The position numbers and the translations under genes were made by a program. Below, in pieces: positions 33,171-47,230 of a stretch of DNA of 64,000 bases (its first letter is position 1; each line of letters opens with the position of its first letter). The stretch is taken from contig CM097883.1 in assembly GCA_044892505.1 (NCBI GenBank), positions 421,352,001 through 421,416,000 of the forward strand, in the 5' to 3' direction. A model generated the notes under the pieces. The model made no database searches. It saw nothing but the letters and a program-made list of their open reading frames with translations, and was not told the origin of the DNA. This stretch comes from Schmidtea nova (lineage: Eukaryota).

Positions 33171-34657
33171 CCATCACAAAATCCATTATGCACATCAATA
33201 GCGTAATAAGACATTTTCATTTTATTAAGAGATTCGAACATGCTTTTTAATATAATTTTCAAATAAAAACTAATTCCACTCAATTTATATTTCAAATTTT
33301 TAAAGCTTTACACAAAATAATTTTATTTAATTTACAAATTTAAACAAATCATCAGGTAGTCGTTTATAAATGTTTCTTTTATAGTACTTTTTATCTTAAT
33401 TTTTTTTTAATTTATCTCTTAAACTAAATTTATTGTTGTTTCTTAGTAAATTGACTCAAAATATAGAGTCATTTCCTAAGTTACTTAATCATATAAAAGC
33501 CAAGTGATACACACCGACCAAATTTTCAACAATCAGACTGTCCGAAAAAAGGAAAACTTAGGGCTGGAAGAGTAACAGTAACGGACATATAAGCAGGAAT
33601 TGCCCAAATAAAAAAGCTCCAATATATTTTGGTTTGTGTGAAAGAAGGTTGTGTACGATGTAAAAGATGCCACAGAAAAGCCTATATACCCGAAGAATGT
33701 TATAAAAAGTTGATTTGCAGAAGAACAATATAAAAACAAGAACCGTCAAGAAACATATACAGTCAGATAAATGTAATCGAGGAATAAAGAAAGATGAGTT
33801 GCAGAAACTTCCCTAACAACAATCTTAAATCCATTTTTAAAGAAGAACTATTGTGAGAAACTTAAAATTTAACAACAATCTCAAATCCATTTTTAAAGAA
33901 AAACGTGTTGCAGAAACTCCCCATTGTCAAATTTTAAATCCGAACAGTTTAATACAAGTAACTTTTCGTGGTTCTAAAGTTTATCTTTTAGAAACATTTT
34001 CTGTTAAATATAATTTGCATAATATTTATTTATTTGTTTGTGTTAATATTGTATCTAAACAGCACTTATTACGCACGCACACATACAAAAGGATATACGC
34101 ATACACCCCGAGTGTCCCAACACAAATCGGTGACTCTCTCGGGCTCGTCAATAATTTTCTCTTGTACCCAAAACTACATAATAAATAATATTATTTAACA
34201 AACATTAACAATCACTAACAAACGTCAACAATCAAATTTATTTCCATAAAAATATCTTTTAAAAACAACGCTCTATATTTCTAATATACAATCAAATTAC
34301 TTATTCTTATTTTAACTGAATAAGCAAAAGATTTTTTAAGGCAGTTGGGTGCGCTTGCAAACAGTTTCTGTTGAACACTTTTAATGCGCACAGACGATCT
34401 GTAAGACCTTGCATTTTCAAGTGATGTAATATCCAGTGTACCAGGAATAGTATTTGTTGGGGTTGTCGGTAAAATAAACAATTATCGCAATCCGTCTGAC
34501 TCCAAGCGTGTCAATAAAATCAATAATAACACCCGAAAATAATATCAAGTTGTATTTATTATCACAATTACAATTGACTTGACTTCTGATAGAATTACAT
34601 GTAAACGTCACAAATAAAAGAACAATGCTTTTGAATATGTTTTTATTATAAATTTAA

Positions 34658-34879
34658 CCCTTTCCTATCCTGTGTCTATAAAAATATGACAAAAAAAATT
34701 TACCATTCTATCCTCTGTCTGTAAAAAAATGACATTATTTTTGAATAGTTTATTTCCAATGCACTGTCGATTATATTATGACCAACTGTTTATAGAGCGA
34801 TTATGACATTGAACTTTTTTTGAAATTTTATTAGGATTGGAACGGGCGGGACACATAAAATAAAGAAGGTAGGAAAGGG
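34658..34879. mobile_element. piggyBac-like MITE
   Basis: TTAA-CCCTTTCCTA ... TAGGAAAGGG-TTAC. Confidence 0.75.
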
Positions 34880-35650
34880 TTACCATTGCCAATTGAATTA
34901 CGTTAAGTCCAAAAAATCACTAAAATATTACTCCTAAAAAATTGGCGTTTAAATGAGTTTCTCATCTGTGCGCTACTAATATAGAGCCAGCCCTGGTTAC
35001 ATCAACATTCAGAGCATCTTTTTTCAATAAAATGAAAAGTATAAGACTATCAAAATAAACCAGTCACAAAATATTAAAACAATCCGTGACATTTGATACA
35101 TTTATTCAAAGATTTCTAAATGAATTTATAGGAAACAGATAAATTCTCAAGGGTTTCTTTTATCAAACTCACTATTTATATAAGCATGTCAAAGTAGATG
35201 CCATTAACAAAATTAAGAAAAATGAAACAGAAAAATAAATGGAAATGATAAATGTTTAAGGGAAAATGAAATAGATTTTGTTTTGTAAGATTTATTAAGA
35301 AATAAATATTGTCAGTTTTTTTTATTTTTAAAAATGGATTATAAAGAAAATGATTCCCATATGGGAACACAACATTCAAACGCAACGTGAAATTACCGAC
35401 TGATTTTTGTAGTTTATTTATGCTTTGCGTCGTCGTAGAAAATATAACAAAAGATAGTTGGCTGACTCTTTCCCAAAAAAAAGTACCTGAACGAACCTTT
35501 CTGCGGAACCGAAGGCATATAAGTGTTTCTTAGAAACGGCACTTTTGTTGACGCCGTTTCTATTTTGAATGTTATCCTCGAGTTGAGCGCGTAATTTATA
35601 ACTGTTTGAATAAAAACTGAATATTCTTTATATTTAATTAAATAATTGGA

Positions 35651-35751
35651 AAAACCGGTTAACCGTGTAAAATAACCCGGTTTACGGTTTTTTTAAAAAC
35701 CCCTGTTTAACCGGTTAACCGGTTTCGGTTTTACCCGGTTTAGATGTTCTA
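35651..35751. mobile_element. DNA-transposon end (hAT-like) with AACCG/CGGTT subterminal repeats
   Basis: Dense AACCGG/CCGGTT repeats ending ...CCCGGTTTAGATGTTCTA. The partner end was not found. Confidence 0.5.
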
Positions 35752-35799
35752 GAACCATGCACATTCTTTGGATATAGTAGACTATGTGGGGTTCTTAAC

Positions 35800-38700
35800 A
35801 AGAGGATTCCAGTCTCAACACAGTTGAGGATACTTCTTGAATTACGTAAATATTTTGAAGAATTTTATACGAAGGAAAGATGGAGAAAATCGTAAAATGA
35901 AGAGAAAAGAAAATCCGTGTTTTTACGATGAAATATTTCAAAAAGCCTTCTGTTAGAAGATTTGATCTTCGACAGTAGGGAGAAGTGTGGACTCCTGAAC
36001 AAAGGAAATTACGGAACAAGGTAATTTTCATATCCAATGTTTAAAAAAAGTTCAAAATTTTAAAAACTCAATCGTATTTGACGATGCGACTCAAAGTGGT
36101 GGAATGGGGTTAAATGGTATTGTAAAGTGTAAACCTAAGCTGCAGGATGATGTCTTCGATATTTTGGTACAATTTTGAAGATATTCAATTGTTCTTGCCG
36201 GTGCTATAGCAGAAATGTATCTATCAGTAAAGAATACTTCGGAAGATATCATAGAACCATATCATCGATTTCTATGATCTAAGAATGGAAGAGTACTTAA
36301 AAATGAGTTTAACTGCCAGATATTCAAAATTAATGCGTCATTATTTCTAGAGCAATTAGTTGCACAAAAAATGTCAGAGGGTTTGAAGAGAATTATCTAC
36401 ATATATATGAATGATACAATAAATTCTATCAATTGTGAAGATGAAGAAATTAAACTAATGCAGGAATTATCGTTCATATGGGATGAAGCAGGCATGAGAG
36501 CAAGGAAATGAATGCCCAATTCCAAAACAATTATGGATATGATTCCAGAGGTTGATAAGACAGAGACGTTGAGTTTATAAAAGGTATCAGTTATTATAAT
36601 TAAAACATCGGGTTTAAAATGGTATTCAGAAAGTGATGTGTTCAGTTTTGATATGAATTTACTGAAGAAGAAATGCTAACAAAAAGAAAAGTAGTTAGCA
36701 TTGTAGCGCCAATTTTCGATCCTTTAGGGTAAATTTGACTATTTATCATTCATGGAAAATTGATAATCCAACGTTTATGGTAGTTGTGAATTGATTGGGA
36801 TAAAAAGTTGCCTCGTGTACTATTCAAAGAAGTAAGCAAATGGATTGATGAAGCGAAAAAAATTGGAGGTTTGCAGATTTCAAGATGCTTAATAATGAAT
36901 AAATAAAATATATGGCAACTGCACGCATTTTCAAATACGGATCCGCGGTTTATTTCAGTGAAAATTATGGCCATTCACCCCAAATAACATTATTAGCCTC
37001 AAAGGTAGCCATCAAAGGTAGCTCCAATAGAGACTGCACGAATAAGTACTGCACGAATGGAATTAACGGCGGCTTGTATAGGAGTCAAATTAGCAGCAAC
37101 CGTTTCATCAGTATTAGCAAAATATATGATCAAAATGTATTCCTGGTTGGACAGTAAAGACGTAATTTACTGGATTCAAAATTAAGCCAGAAAGTTAAAA
37201 CCATTTGTTGTGAGAAGGATCGGATTATTTCAAGAAAAAATAAATATAAGCAAATGGAAATATGCTCCAACATTGATTTGATTTCAAGAAGAGTAACTGC
37301 CTTAGATTTAGTAGGAAATGAACTTTGATGGAATAGACCAAGGTTCTTTAAAGATGGCCGAAGATGAAAATGGTACTTTTATATGAAAAAATGAAATGAA
37401 GAAAGAAATTCTACTATGATAAGAATAGATAATCAAATACGGAAGGGAAATACTGATTGCTTTGACGTCAAATCATTGTTATCATTGAAAAGATTGAAAG
37501 TTTTTTTCTAAATCTAAAGAAAAATGAATCTAAACAAATTAAAACCTATCTGTCTACTGACTAGTTAAATGCAATACCGTTTAAACGTTTTAGAAAAGAC
37601 CAAGGAAAATATTTCAAGGAAGAGATCAAATGTTTAAAGTAGAAATTGCTGACAGCCCGAATAGTTCGATAACTAAATTTATACTAATTCTGGATTCTGA
37701 GGCAATGCTGAGAAGGAGTAACCTCACAATTCTTGTTACATATCTACCATGAGAAACAAAGTTTCCAATAATATTATCGGATAAAAGTTGGATCACAAAA
37801 CATCTCATTAAGGATATTTATGAAAGATTAAATTAATACTCATATGATAGATTTTGGATTATAAAGGAAAACAAGTTTATATAGAGATGTGACACAGAAT
37901 CCATTCAATGTCAGAGAAGAAGAGCAAAGGTAATTACTCAAATTACAACTTTACTTCCAACATTCAAAACAACAGAATTTTTACGAGCATTTGTGCGTAC
38001 AGAAGTTGATTTTACTGGACCGTTTGAAGCAAGAGTTGGTCGACTTTCAACCACGTATGGATATAAAAAACTTGCATTTATAACCAATTTTTACAAAAAT
38101 AACTGCTAATTATTTGAAATTTTACAGTTGAAATAAATCAATTTAAAACGTACACCTGTTTTGTTTTGCAATGTCATATAGTGCGACGCTCGATAAGTAG
38201 TTGAAAACATGTCTCAACAAGTTTATTGGGTGTTACTTGTATCAGTCATTATCATTTATTATTTAGTTCGTGGCCGATACAATTTATGAGTTTAGTGTGT
38301 TTTTTTGTATTACTTACTCTACTTCCTAATATTTTGTGGTTCGAAATTAAGATATTCATTTAATACATTTAACTATTTGCAATTAATTTTGCTCATGAAA
38401 ATGATTACTTTTTAGATTTTACACGAAAACTCTCAGTATGAGTAAACTAAGTACACTATTAAAATTTATTCATACTAGAAATGTTAACCACACAGATTCT
38501 CAAAATCCTAGTACTTCAAGTGAACCATTAGCAAAACGAACAAAAGTGGGAAAATTTGTATGTAGATACCAGGAAAAATAAATGAGTTATGGGTCGTTTA
38601 TAATATTCTCTTTATTTCTTGGGTCGCGAGACACAAAAGGTTGTGGAGTGCTGATTTAGAGTGATGATAGCAAGGAATATATCTTACCTACTCCACATCA

Positions 38701-39110
38701 TTTGGTTATAGCTGAATGGAAAGCAGAATTTCTTATCGAAGTAAATGAAAGGACTGAAAAATACTTTTATGTGCGATGGAAGAGTTCAGGAATTATGCCG
38801 GGAATTCTTTATTAGGTGGATGAAAAAATTAATATCGTAATTGAAAGCTCGTAAGAAATGGGATGCTGAAGAAAAAGAAATAAAAGAAAATATTGTTTAT
38901 ATAAGAGATAAAAAGAACGATTTTCGGAAATAGCCGTTAGTTAAAGTCATTAAAGTGATAGTGGGTGAGGATGGTAAAATCAAAGGGGCAAATATTTTGT
39001 GTGAAAGAAAATATATAATAAGACCAATAAGTAGAATGTGCTAATTAATCGAAAGGAAAGAGGAATCATGACCAAAACAAGGATATGATTTTGACAAAAA
39101 TGTGTCAAAA
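35800..39110 (+). mobile_element. pol: BEL/Pao LTR retrotransposon pol remnant, interrupted at about 38090-38600 by a hAT 5' fragment
   Basis: IVFDDA..GLN..KPKLQDD, LAGAIAEMY, TKRKVVSIVAPIFDPLG, LLASK, W.DSKDVIYWI, VDFTGPF, PTPHHL, PLVKVIKVIVGEDGKI..RPI. The insert encodes KRTKVGKFVCRYQEK*MSYG (Charlie-like N-terminus). Confidence 0.9.
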
Positions 39111-39374
39111 GAGGAGGATGGTCAATTCTGAATTAGAGAATGGGTTTGATTTTGTTAAATATAATTTTAGGTGTATTTTCTTTTCTTTTTATGTATATAA
39201 GAAGATTTATTTTCATGTTAAATGAAAATGAAAAATGTTTAAGGGACAAACGAAATTGATTTTTTTTTGTAAATATGATTTATCAAGAAATAAATGGTTA
39301 GTTTTTTAGCTTTAAAAATGGAATTTAAAAAAAATGGCGATGAGAAAGATTAGACATTATAAGGATACTAATAC

Positions 39375-40442
39375 TGTAGTGCCCCTATAATAAATATTTA
39401 AATATTTATTTAATTATTTATTAAAAAAAGAAAAATAACTTGTTTTAATAACAAGTTATTTTGAAGAAGGAGTTTTTCAAATTTGTATTTGATAGAATAA
39501 ATTTTATTAAATTGTATTGTAGTTTTTCAACATCCCTACAATTGGTGTCAGGAGCGACAAATCAAAGCAATCCAAGCACCACGCACTCAAAGTACCAAGC
39601 AATCGAAGCACTCAAAGCACCACGCACTCCAATCATCAAAGCACCAAGAACTCTAATCACTCAAAGCAGCACGCACTCCAATCATCAAAGCACCAAGAAC
39701 TCTAATCACTCAAATCTCCACGCACTCCAATCACTCAAAGCACTCAGAACTCCCATCATCAAAGCACCAAGCACTCCAATCACTCAAAGCTCCACGCACT
39801 CCAATCACTCAAAGCACTCAGAACTCCAATCACTCAAAGCACCAAGCACTCAAAGCACCACGCACTCCAAGCATTAAAGCACCAAGCACTCAAAGCATCA
39901 CGCACTCCAATCATCAAAGCACCAAGCACTCCGATCACTCAAAGCTCCACGCACTCCAATCACTCAAAGCACTCAGAACTCCAATCACTCAAAGCACCAA
40001 GCACTCCAAGCATTAAAGCACCAAGCACTCAAAGCATCACGCACTCCAAGCACCACGCATTCAAAGCACCAAGCACTCAAAACACCAATCACTCAAAGCT
40101 CCACGCAGTCCAATCCATTAAAGCACCACGCACTCCAATCATTAAAGAACCACGAACTCCAAGCACTCAGAACTCCAAACATTCAATCACTCAAAGCAAC
40201 GCACACTTCAATCACCAAGCACTCCACCACTGCAATGGCTCTAAATACGCTCCGCGCACTTCGGCGGGGGCCGTTGTAGTGCCTCCTATAATAAATATTT
40301 AAATATTTATTTAATTATTTATTAAAAAAAGAAAAATAACTTGTTCTAATAACAAGTTATTTTGAAGAAGCAGTTATTCAAATTTGTATTTGAATGAATA
40401 TATTTTTGCAAATTGTATTGTAGTTTTTTCAATATTCCTACA
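39375..40442 (+). mobile_element. TRIM / non-autonomous LTR element with minisatellite interior
   Basis: TG..CA LTRs of 166 bp (39375-39540) and 168 bp (40275-40442), 5-bp TSD AATAC, PBS TGGTGTCAGGAG (tRNA-Leu type) at 39543, and a G-run PPT before the 3' LTR. Confidence 0.92.
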
Positions 40443-40779
40443 AATACTAATACTAATGGAATGAATATCAGAAGATCTGATAACTATTCATAAAGAAATT
40501 ATGAACATTTCCTGAAAGATGATTTTGATGATGGATAAACTTTATATTTTTAATTTTGTTTTTTATGTATTATCTGTAAACAAATTTTATAATTATTTTG
40601 AAATTTTTATTTGTTAGCAATTTTTAAATTAGCAGTATTGTGACATATTTATTTGTATTTTGTTAACAATTAATAAATCAGTATTTTATTTTTCAAAATC
40701 GTGTTAAAATTTATTTTATTATAATTTTCTTTAAAATAATGTAAATTGTCACACTGTCAGATTTCCCACAAATTTAGTA

Positions 40780-43393
40780 CAACAAACCCCCGTTCAACGC
40801 GGGGGATACCTTCTGGAATAGGGGATTTTTGAAAAAAAACATTGTAAAACTCGCATAACACTTTACTTTTAAATAAACATTAATAATAACAAAAAGTCAT
40901 ACATTAAATAATTATTAATTTAATCATTTTATTTCACGTTGCAAAAAGGAATCTAGATTCCCTTGTTTGGCCTCTCTACGTTTATTGCGCAACATTTGCC
41001 GATAACTGTCAAGTAATGCATTACACCCACGTTTAACAGCACTCACTCGCTCGTAGTCTTTGTCGTTCTCTTCCAGCATTTACATGCATTGATTGTAAAG
41101 AGAAAGAACCTTTTCAATGGTTTTAACAGTTAAATTTCGCATGGAACATGTTTGGAGATGTAATTTTCTAGTTATGTATGACAGATCATTTCCTGCAGCT
41201 CTTCATTAGTCAAAAGTTAGTCTTGTAATTTTAAAAAAGTCTGAAAATCATCTTCATCAACATCTTCGATGCCTCCAGAAATGGCTATACGACTAATCTC
41301 TTTCTTGATATTTTGAATATCATTTTCATAATTGCAGTGAACTTCAACAATTTCATTAGAAAATCTTTTCCTAACAACCTTCATAAAAGACAGAGTGACT
41401 TCATTCCACACTTAGTCTATATTTCTGATAGTTTTCATGATATTAAATTGTTTCCACCAAAGCTACATGGCATCTCTATCACCTCCATCAGTTTCTTCAA
41501 TGAGTTGATGCATCGTTTTTCTTAAATAATAAGCTTTGAATGCTGCTATTGCACTTTGATCCATAGGATGTAAGAAGAAAGTGGTATTTGGAAGTAAAAA
41601 TACCACTTCTACCGGGAAATTAGTACTCAGCATCTCAAGTTCCAGGGTATGTCAAGGCGAATTGTCCAATACCTGAAGAGCTCGAGGTTCAACTGCAATA
41701 TCCTCGCAATATTTTTTATTGCTTGGCAGAAACAAGTTTTAAACCAGTCCATAAATGACTTTTGTGTCATCCAAGCCGTATGGTTACTTCGCCAAAAAGA
41801 TGGTAAATTCTTTTAGAGTAACCTGTAACGGCACGAGAATTTTCTCATTGGTATATCAACAAAGGTTTAAATTTTTATTCTCCGGATGCATTTCCACCAA
41901 GAAGAAGAGTTAGACTGTCTTTAAAACCAGAAGCAGCCTTCTCCTCAATGGAAATAAACCTACGTGTTAGCATTCGTTTCCAATAAAGTCCAGTCTCATC
42001 CACATTAAAAAGTAAATTTGGTGAATAATTTCCGCTTTCTACAATTTCACGGAACTCCATCGAATATTTTTCTGCTGATTTTGCGTCTGCACTAGCCGAA
42101 TCACCGATCATTTTTAGGTTATGCAAGTTTGATCGTTTTCTAAACCAATCAAACCAATCAAACCAACATTTGCTTGCTTTAAATACTTCTCCTCTATGTT
42201 GAAGTTTTAAATGATCCCAAAGACTAAGTGATTTTTTTCGTTATGATTTGAGTACTAATAAGCCTGTGGTTTTGATTCAGATCCTCTATCCATTTTGCTA
42301 ATAAATTCTCCATTTCCATCATCAAAACACTTCTGGTTTGTGAAACTTTTGTCGCTGTAATATGAGTAGCATTCACACCAGCCTTTTTAATTTTATCTTT
42401 TTGTCGCACAATTGATCGCACTGTAGACTCAGCCAATTTAGAATCACTTCATACAATCGTAAATTTACCACGATTTACTATCTTTTCAATAATTTTTAGT
42501 TTTTTTCCAAATCCATCACATTGCGAGTTTTCTTAACCGATTCATCACTTTGCCTTTTTGACATTTTTTATAATAAAGAAGGGCTCCAAAATAATTATAG
42601 ATTCAATTTAATTAACATGTGTTCGTTAGAAATCGCTTCTAAGCTTACACCAAAAAGTTTACCCAAATGTAGAGCTACAATGTATACTAGGGAGCACGTT
42701 CGGAGATTATTTTATCTCACTCACGCTCATGAATAACTACGTATGTACATCTGCCTACATATATGAATGTGATAGCGAGAAATAAAGATTTGTTACTCAT
42801 TATGACGATTTTTCACATTCGTCAAGACCAGCGTTTAGACACTATTGTTTTAGATTATCGGCCGCGATATAATGAATTCGCACTCGCCGGCAGGAGCGTA
42901 CCTAAGGTAAATGGCGCCTATTGCAAACACCGATCTTGCGCCCCTCCCCGGCGATAGGTTACTGACGTTTTATTTTCTAAAAAACTACTTTAGAATTGGG
43001 TAAAAAAGCACACAAGTTAAATCTATTAACACTTTATTACAAATTTATCTTTCTTGCTTTAGCTGACGCAATGGCTTTAGCACAGAACACAACACAAGCT
43101 ACCATTCTGCATTTCTTTTTTTCAAATACAAAATAACATTTGTAGAGAGAAAGAGAGCTATAGGCCTAGAGAACATGGACAGACAAACGAAAAACGAATG
43201 CGTGCTTTTTCCTACGCAGTTTTTTAATACACATATTTATATCTATAAAAATATTTTTTTATTTTCATTTGCGTATTTATACGTTAGGCGCTTTTTCGCG
43301 TCCCCCTTCAGTTGGCGCACATGGCACGTGCCATGCCTGCCATACCCTAGTTACGCCTCTGCTGGCCGGATTGCTATAACGGGGGGTTACCTG
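40780..43393 (-). mobile_element. Tigger/pogo DNA transposon, degraded transposase at about 40924-42564
   Basis: MSKRQSDESVKKTRNVMDLEKK HTH, FNVDETGLYWKRM..R.FI..EK.ASGFKD.LTLLLGGNASG. TIRs share AACCCCCGTT and are flanked by TA. Confidence 0.9.
42891..43361. mobile_element. hAT MITE nested in the Tigger end
   Basis: TIR CAGGAGCGTACCTAAGG against CAGAGGCGTAACTAGGG (rc), with TSD CTCGCCGG and CTGGCCGG. Confidence 0.8.
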
Positions 43394-45646
43394 TATTTAT
43401 TTTTAATGTTATGTCATAAAAACTCTAATTTTGACATATTTGACTTTTTTCATTACTTTATAAAATATTTTGTCATTATTTTGTCTTTATAAAAATTCTC
43501 CGTGCCTTAACGACTATTGAATCTATTTTAAAACTATCTTAATCTGTTTACAATGAAATCTCAGTACACAAATTTCTAAAAAACATTTTAACCTTAGAAA
43601 TTATGTGGATGGACAATTCTATACAAAATTATTTTATTTAATTTTACCAATTAAAACTATTTTCACGTGTTTTTATTTACCAAAAATATCAGAGCCTATA
43701 AAATATTTACTTTACCACATTGATCTGATAAATATTTATTTTTAAATTTGAATCCCTTTTTACTAGTTTAAGATCTTTAGACATTTTATTATTTACTACA
43801 AAAATCTGTATTCAAAAATTCTATGGTCCTTATTCATTGAAGAAATAATGAGTTGAAAGTCCTATACAAAAGACCAGTAAAAATGTTCAGTTCATTTTAA
43901 TGAATATAAAATAAAGTGGCCCGTCACTTTAAAATTTCTATACAAAATATCGATGAAAAAATCTTTTACAGCATATCTAAGAAAAAATTTATACAAAAAT
44001 GCCTGAACCAAATTTTTTACCGTCAACTTAAAAAATTTCATGGGGAGGCCGGAGGAGTGAGTTGGGTTGCCACTAACTACCTACTATACAGGCTTCGAAT
44101 ACTCTTCGCACTTATCAACTTATCGTAGATTCAAGCTGGAAATGATGTACACTGGAACATTAGAATTCGTGAAATATTTAAGTCAAATAAACACTTTTAA
44201 AAATCATCAAAATTGTTATTTAAATTTTACACATTTTCCGTCTGTTCTGGAAAAAATTATTTTTTTCTGAAATATTTTGAAAAATCTCAAGTTACTTCCA
44301 GATCATAAATCTTAATAAAAAGAATGTAACAAAAATCATCAAATTAAATTTATAAATAAAACTTTAATCATTTTCAAATGTAATTTATTCTACGAAAAAT
44401 AATTGAATTTTCTAGAAAATAATTTTTTATACGACAGGAAATTTCTGATTGATGTTTCCACAAAAACAATTTGACAGAAAAGATAACAAGAAAAATAATC
44501 GAGATTATTAGTAATGAAAAGCGAAGCAAAAGAACATTAATCCAAACAGCTGAATTCTAAGGGAAAATATCATTGGCATAGACTAATCAGTTCAACGTGC
44601 CCCAACAATAAGTTTGCTCAGCCAAGTGTAGAAGAAATTACTGAATGCAGAAAAATCGGAACGATAAACCAATCTTCCACAAAAATAATTTTTTCACGTT
44701 ACGAAATTTATCCGAGTAGCAAAAAACAGGAGAAAATATTCGCTTTGGAATTTTGAAATTTATTCACACGTTTTTTGTGCATTTTTTCAGTGATGAAATA
44801 TTTTCTTGGTGCATTTTATTTTCTTTCTTTTTTAATTTTGTAGCTGATGGTTTTCGAATTTCTCTTTTCATCCATATAATAGAGAAACCTCACAACAACG
44901 TCATTTTTACCTTTGCTTTCTCTCATTTCTCATTATATTTTAATAATATTTTAGTGGCCTGCATGAGTTTGTCTGTAAAGCAAAATTGCATTTCGGTGTG
45001 TTGTTTTTTTTTAAATATCAAATTGTTTTTTTCTTCACTTTGAAATATTGCTCAGAATTGAACGCAATTTTCGTTCTGCATTTTTCATTTGGAAATCAAA
45101 ATTCCCGTTTCGGAAAAAATATTTTGAGAAATTTTTATGATTACAAAAAAAATATTAATAAAAAAATTATTTGTAAAAAGAACAATAATAATTTATGAAG
45201 ACTTTTTAACAATAAATTTAATATGATAAATAAAATTATTTTGACTTATAACTAGTTGTATGATTTAATTTTTATTTTGATTGAAGGGTGGTTAAAAATC
45301 ATGCAGAAAAAATATTTCTTTTAAAATAAAATTGAAATAAAATTTTTAATTTTTAATGATAAAATCAATTCTATTTCTTGTAGACAAATGTTGATTAAAA
45401 TCGTAATAGCGATTTCGATCAATGGTTGATTTTTAGAATAAATAATTTCATCATTAAAATTTATCATGTTCATTACGATTTCGTTTATGTTCAATTAACA
45501 TTTGTAAAGGCAGTGCTGAAAATTTGTGTAAAATTAAAAACATATCGACGTGAAATATGAAAGAATTTATATTTGAAAATTATTTGTCGGATGATTATTT
45601 GTTTTTAATCAATTAATAAAAGGTAAAGCTTTGTGATAACCATTCT

Positions 45647-45699
45647 AAACCCCAATAACAGACTAGTTTCGAGCTTTGGGCTCTCATCAGTGTTGGGCT
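45647..45699 (-). ncRNA. Minimal type I hammerhead ribozyme (Penelope-like-element type)
   Basis: Minus strand AGCCC-AACA-CTGATGA-GAGC-CCAAA-GCTC-GAAAC-TA-GTC-TGTT-ATT-GGGGTT has a complete core, a 4-bp stem II and palindromic ACTAGT in stem III. Predicted cut is between 45661 and 45660. Confidence 0.9.
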
Positions 45700-45879
45700 G
45701 GTGGAATCGAAAAACAAGGAAAATAAATTGTTAATAGACTCATAATTTAGAATAGGGTTAACTACTATTCGTGTTTTCGAATATTCGAATAGAAATTTTT
45801 TAATTATTCGAATTATTCGAATTATTCAACAATATGCTAAAAACAAAATTTAAAGAAAAAAGCAGTTATTTATTGAAAT

Positions 45880-47230
45880 CGTTTATTTATCATTCAATTA
45901 TTGAGACTGAAACAAACTCTTTAAAAATGCAATAGAGTTTACGGATTCATCTTTCAATATTGTTCTCAATTTTGACATCAAAATTCCGGATGTTGAAAAT
46001 ACTCGTTCGCTTTCCGTTGATGTTGGTTTCACTGTTAGAAGAGCATTATATAATAAATCCATATTTTTAGATCTAATTCCATCATTCCAAATATATAAAG
46101 TTGAAATTCTTTGTTAAAAGAATTGAAATCATCCCAATTAATTGCTATTACAGAATTTTTGCTTTTTTGTATTTCTAAATTTAACTGATTGGAAACTGAT
46201 AGTGATGTAGTTTCGGGTTCAGGTTCATCATGAATACATAAAGTTTCTGCATGTTCTTCATCATTACTTCGCTGTGCAGTTTATTCTTTTTGAAATAATC
46301 GTTTCATTAGCTCTTTGGCATATGCTAATGTGACGTCTCTGGAAAATTAAAAAATTTCATTGGGGGAGGAGGTTTACAAAAAGATAGAAAAATTTTTGAA
46401 AATTTCTTTGTTATAAAAACGATGAGTCATCGATATTTTTGACATGTACACTTTGGCGCTTTATAGAACAAAGACCATGAGTCATACAAACTCGACTGAC
46501 GCATCATTTTGAAGCATGACTCACCCTCTACAAAATGCATGACTCATCGTTTCACGGACGATTCTGATTGGTCTGAGCCAGAGAGCACCCTTCTCACTAC
46601 ATCAAAAGTGACACCATCGGTTTATGCCTTCTCTGGCTTATACGTTTGAGTAAAACCTCTATAAAATTTAAACTTAGTGCAGTTTCTTTCTGTCAATTTA
46701 TTCATTAAAAAAATTACTATCGTTTCGCAAGATAATAATGTAGCATCTTTTCTGCTTTTACTGGAGACAGAACAGCCAACATATCCTTAAGAATAACCAA
46801 ATTATTTTCTTGAACTTTTTCAATAGCATTCAATTCAGTCAGACTGATTTTTATACAGCTATACAGCATGATAAATCTCTCAATCATAGCTTCAAAAGAA
46901 TTCCAACTGGTTTTAATATCTCTTATCAAACCAATTTCCTTTTTAAATTCTTGTTTACATATCGCTGCAAAATACTATTTTTAGTGGGTGATCGTCTAAA
47001 GAAATCTACAATATTTCGAACTTCTTTTATTGCCCTGTTGTAATTTGGGTGAAGAATAATTTGATGGTTTTTTTCATAATTTTCAAAAACCAATTCACCA
47101 TTTTCAAATTCGTTGGAATTGTCATCCAATTCTAATTCTGAAAGTTCTGAACTAATTTCGTCATCACACATTTCTTCACCAAAATCCAGTTTCTCGCTAT
47201 TATTGTAGAAAATATCTATTACAGTCAGAT
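45880..47230 (-). mobile_element. hAT (hobo/ZBED1-like) transposase remnant, interrupted at about 46340-46690
   Basis: IKEVRNIVDFFRRSP, DIKTSWNSFEAMIERF and PTSTESERVFSTSG..SKLRT.L (dimerisation domain). Confidence 0.85.

Noticed and set aside
39461-39877. 138-aa His/Ser/Thr-rich ORF
   Set aside because: It starts inside the LTR and is a by-product of the G-poor minisatellite.
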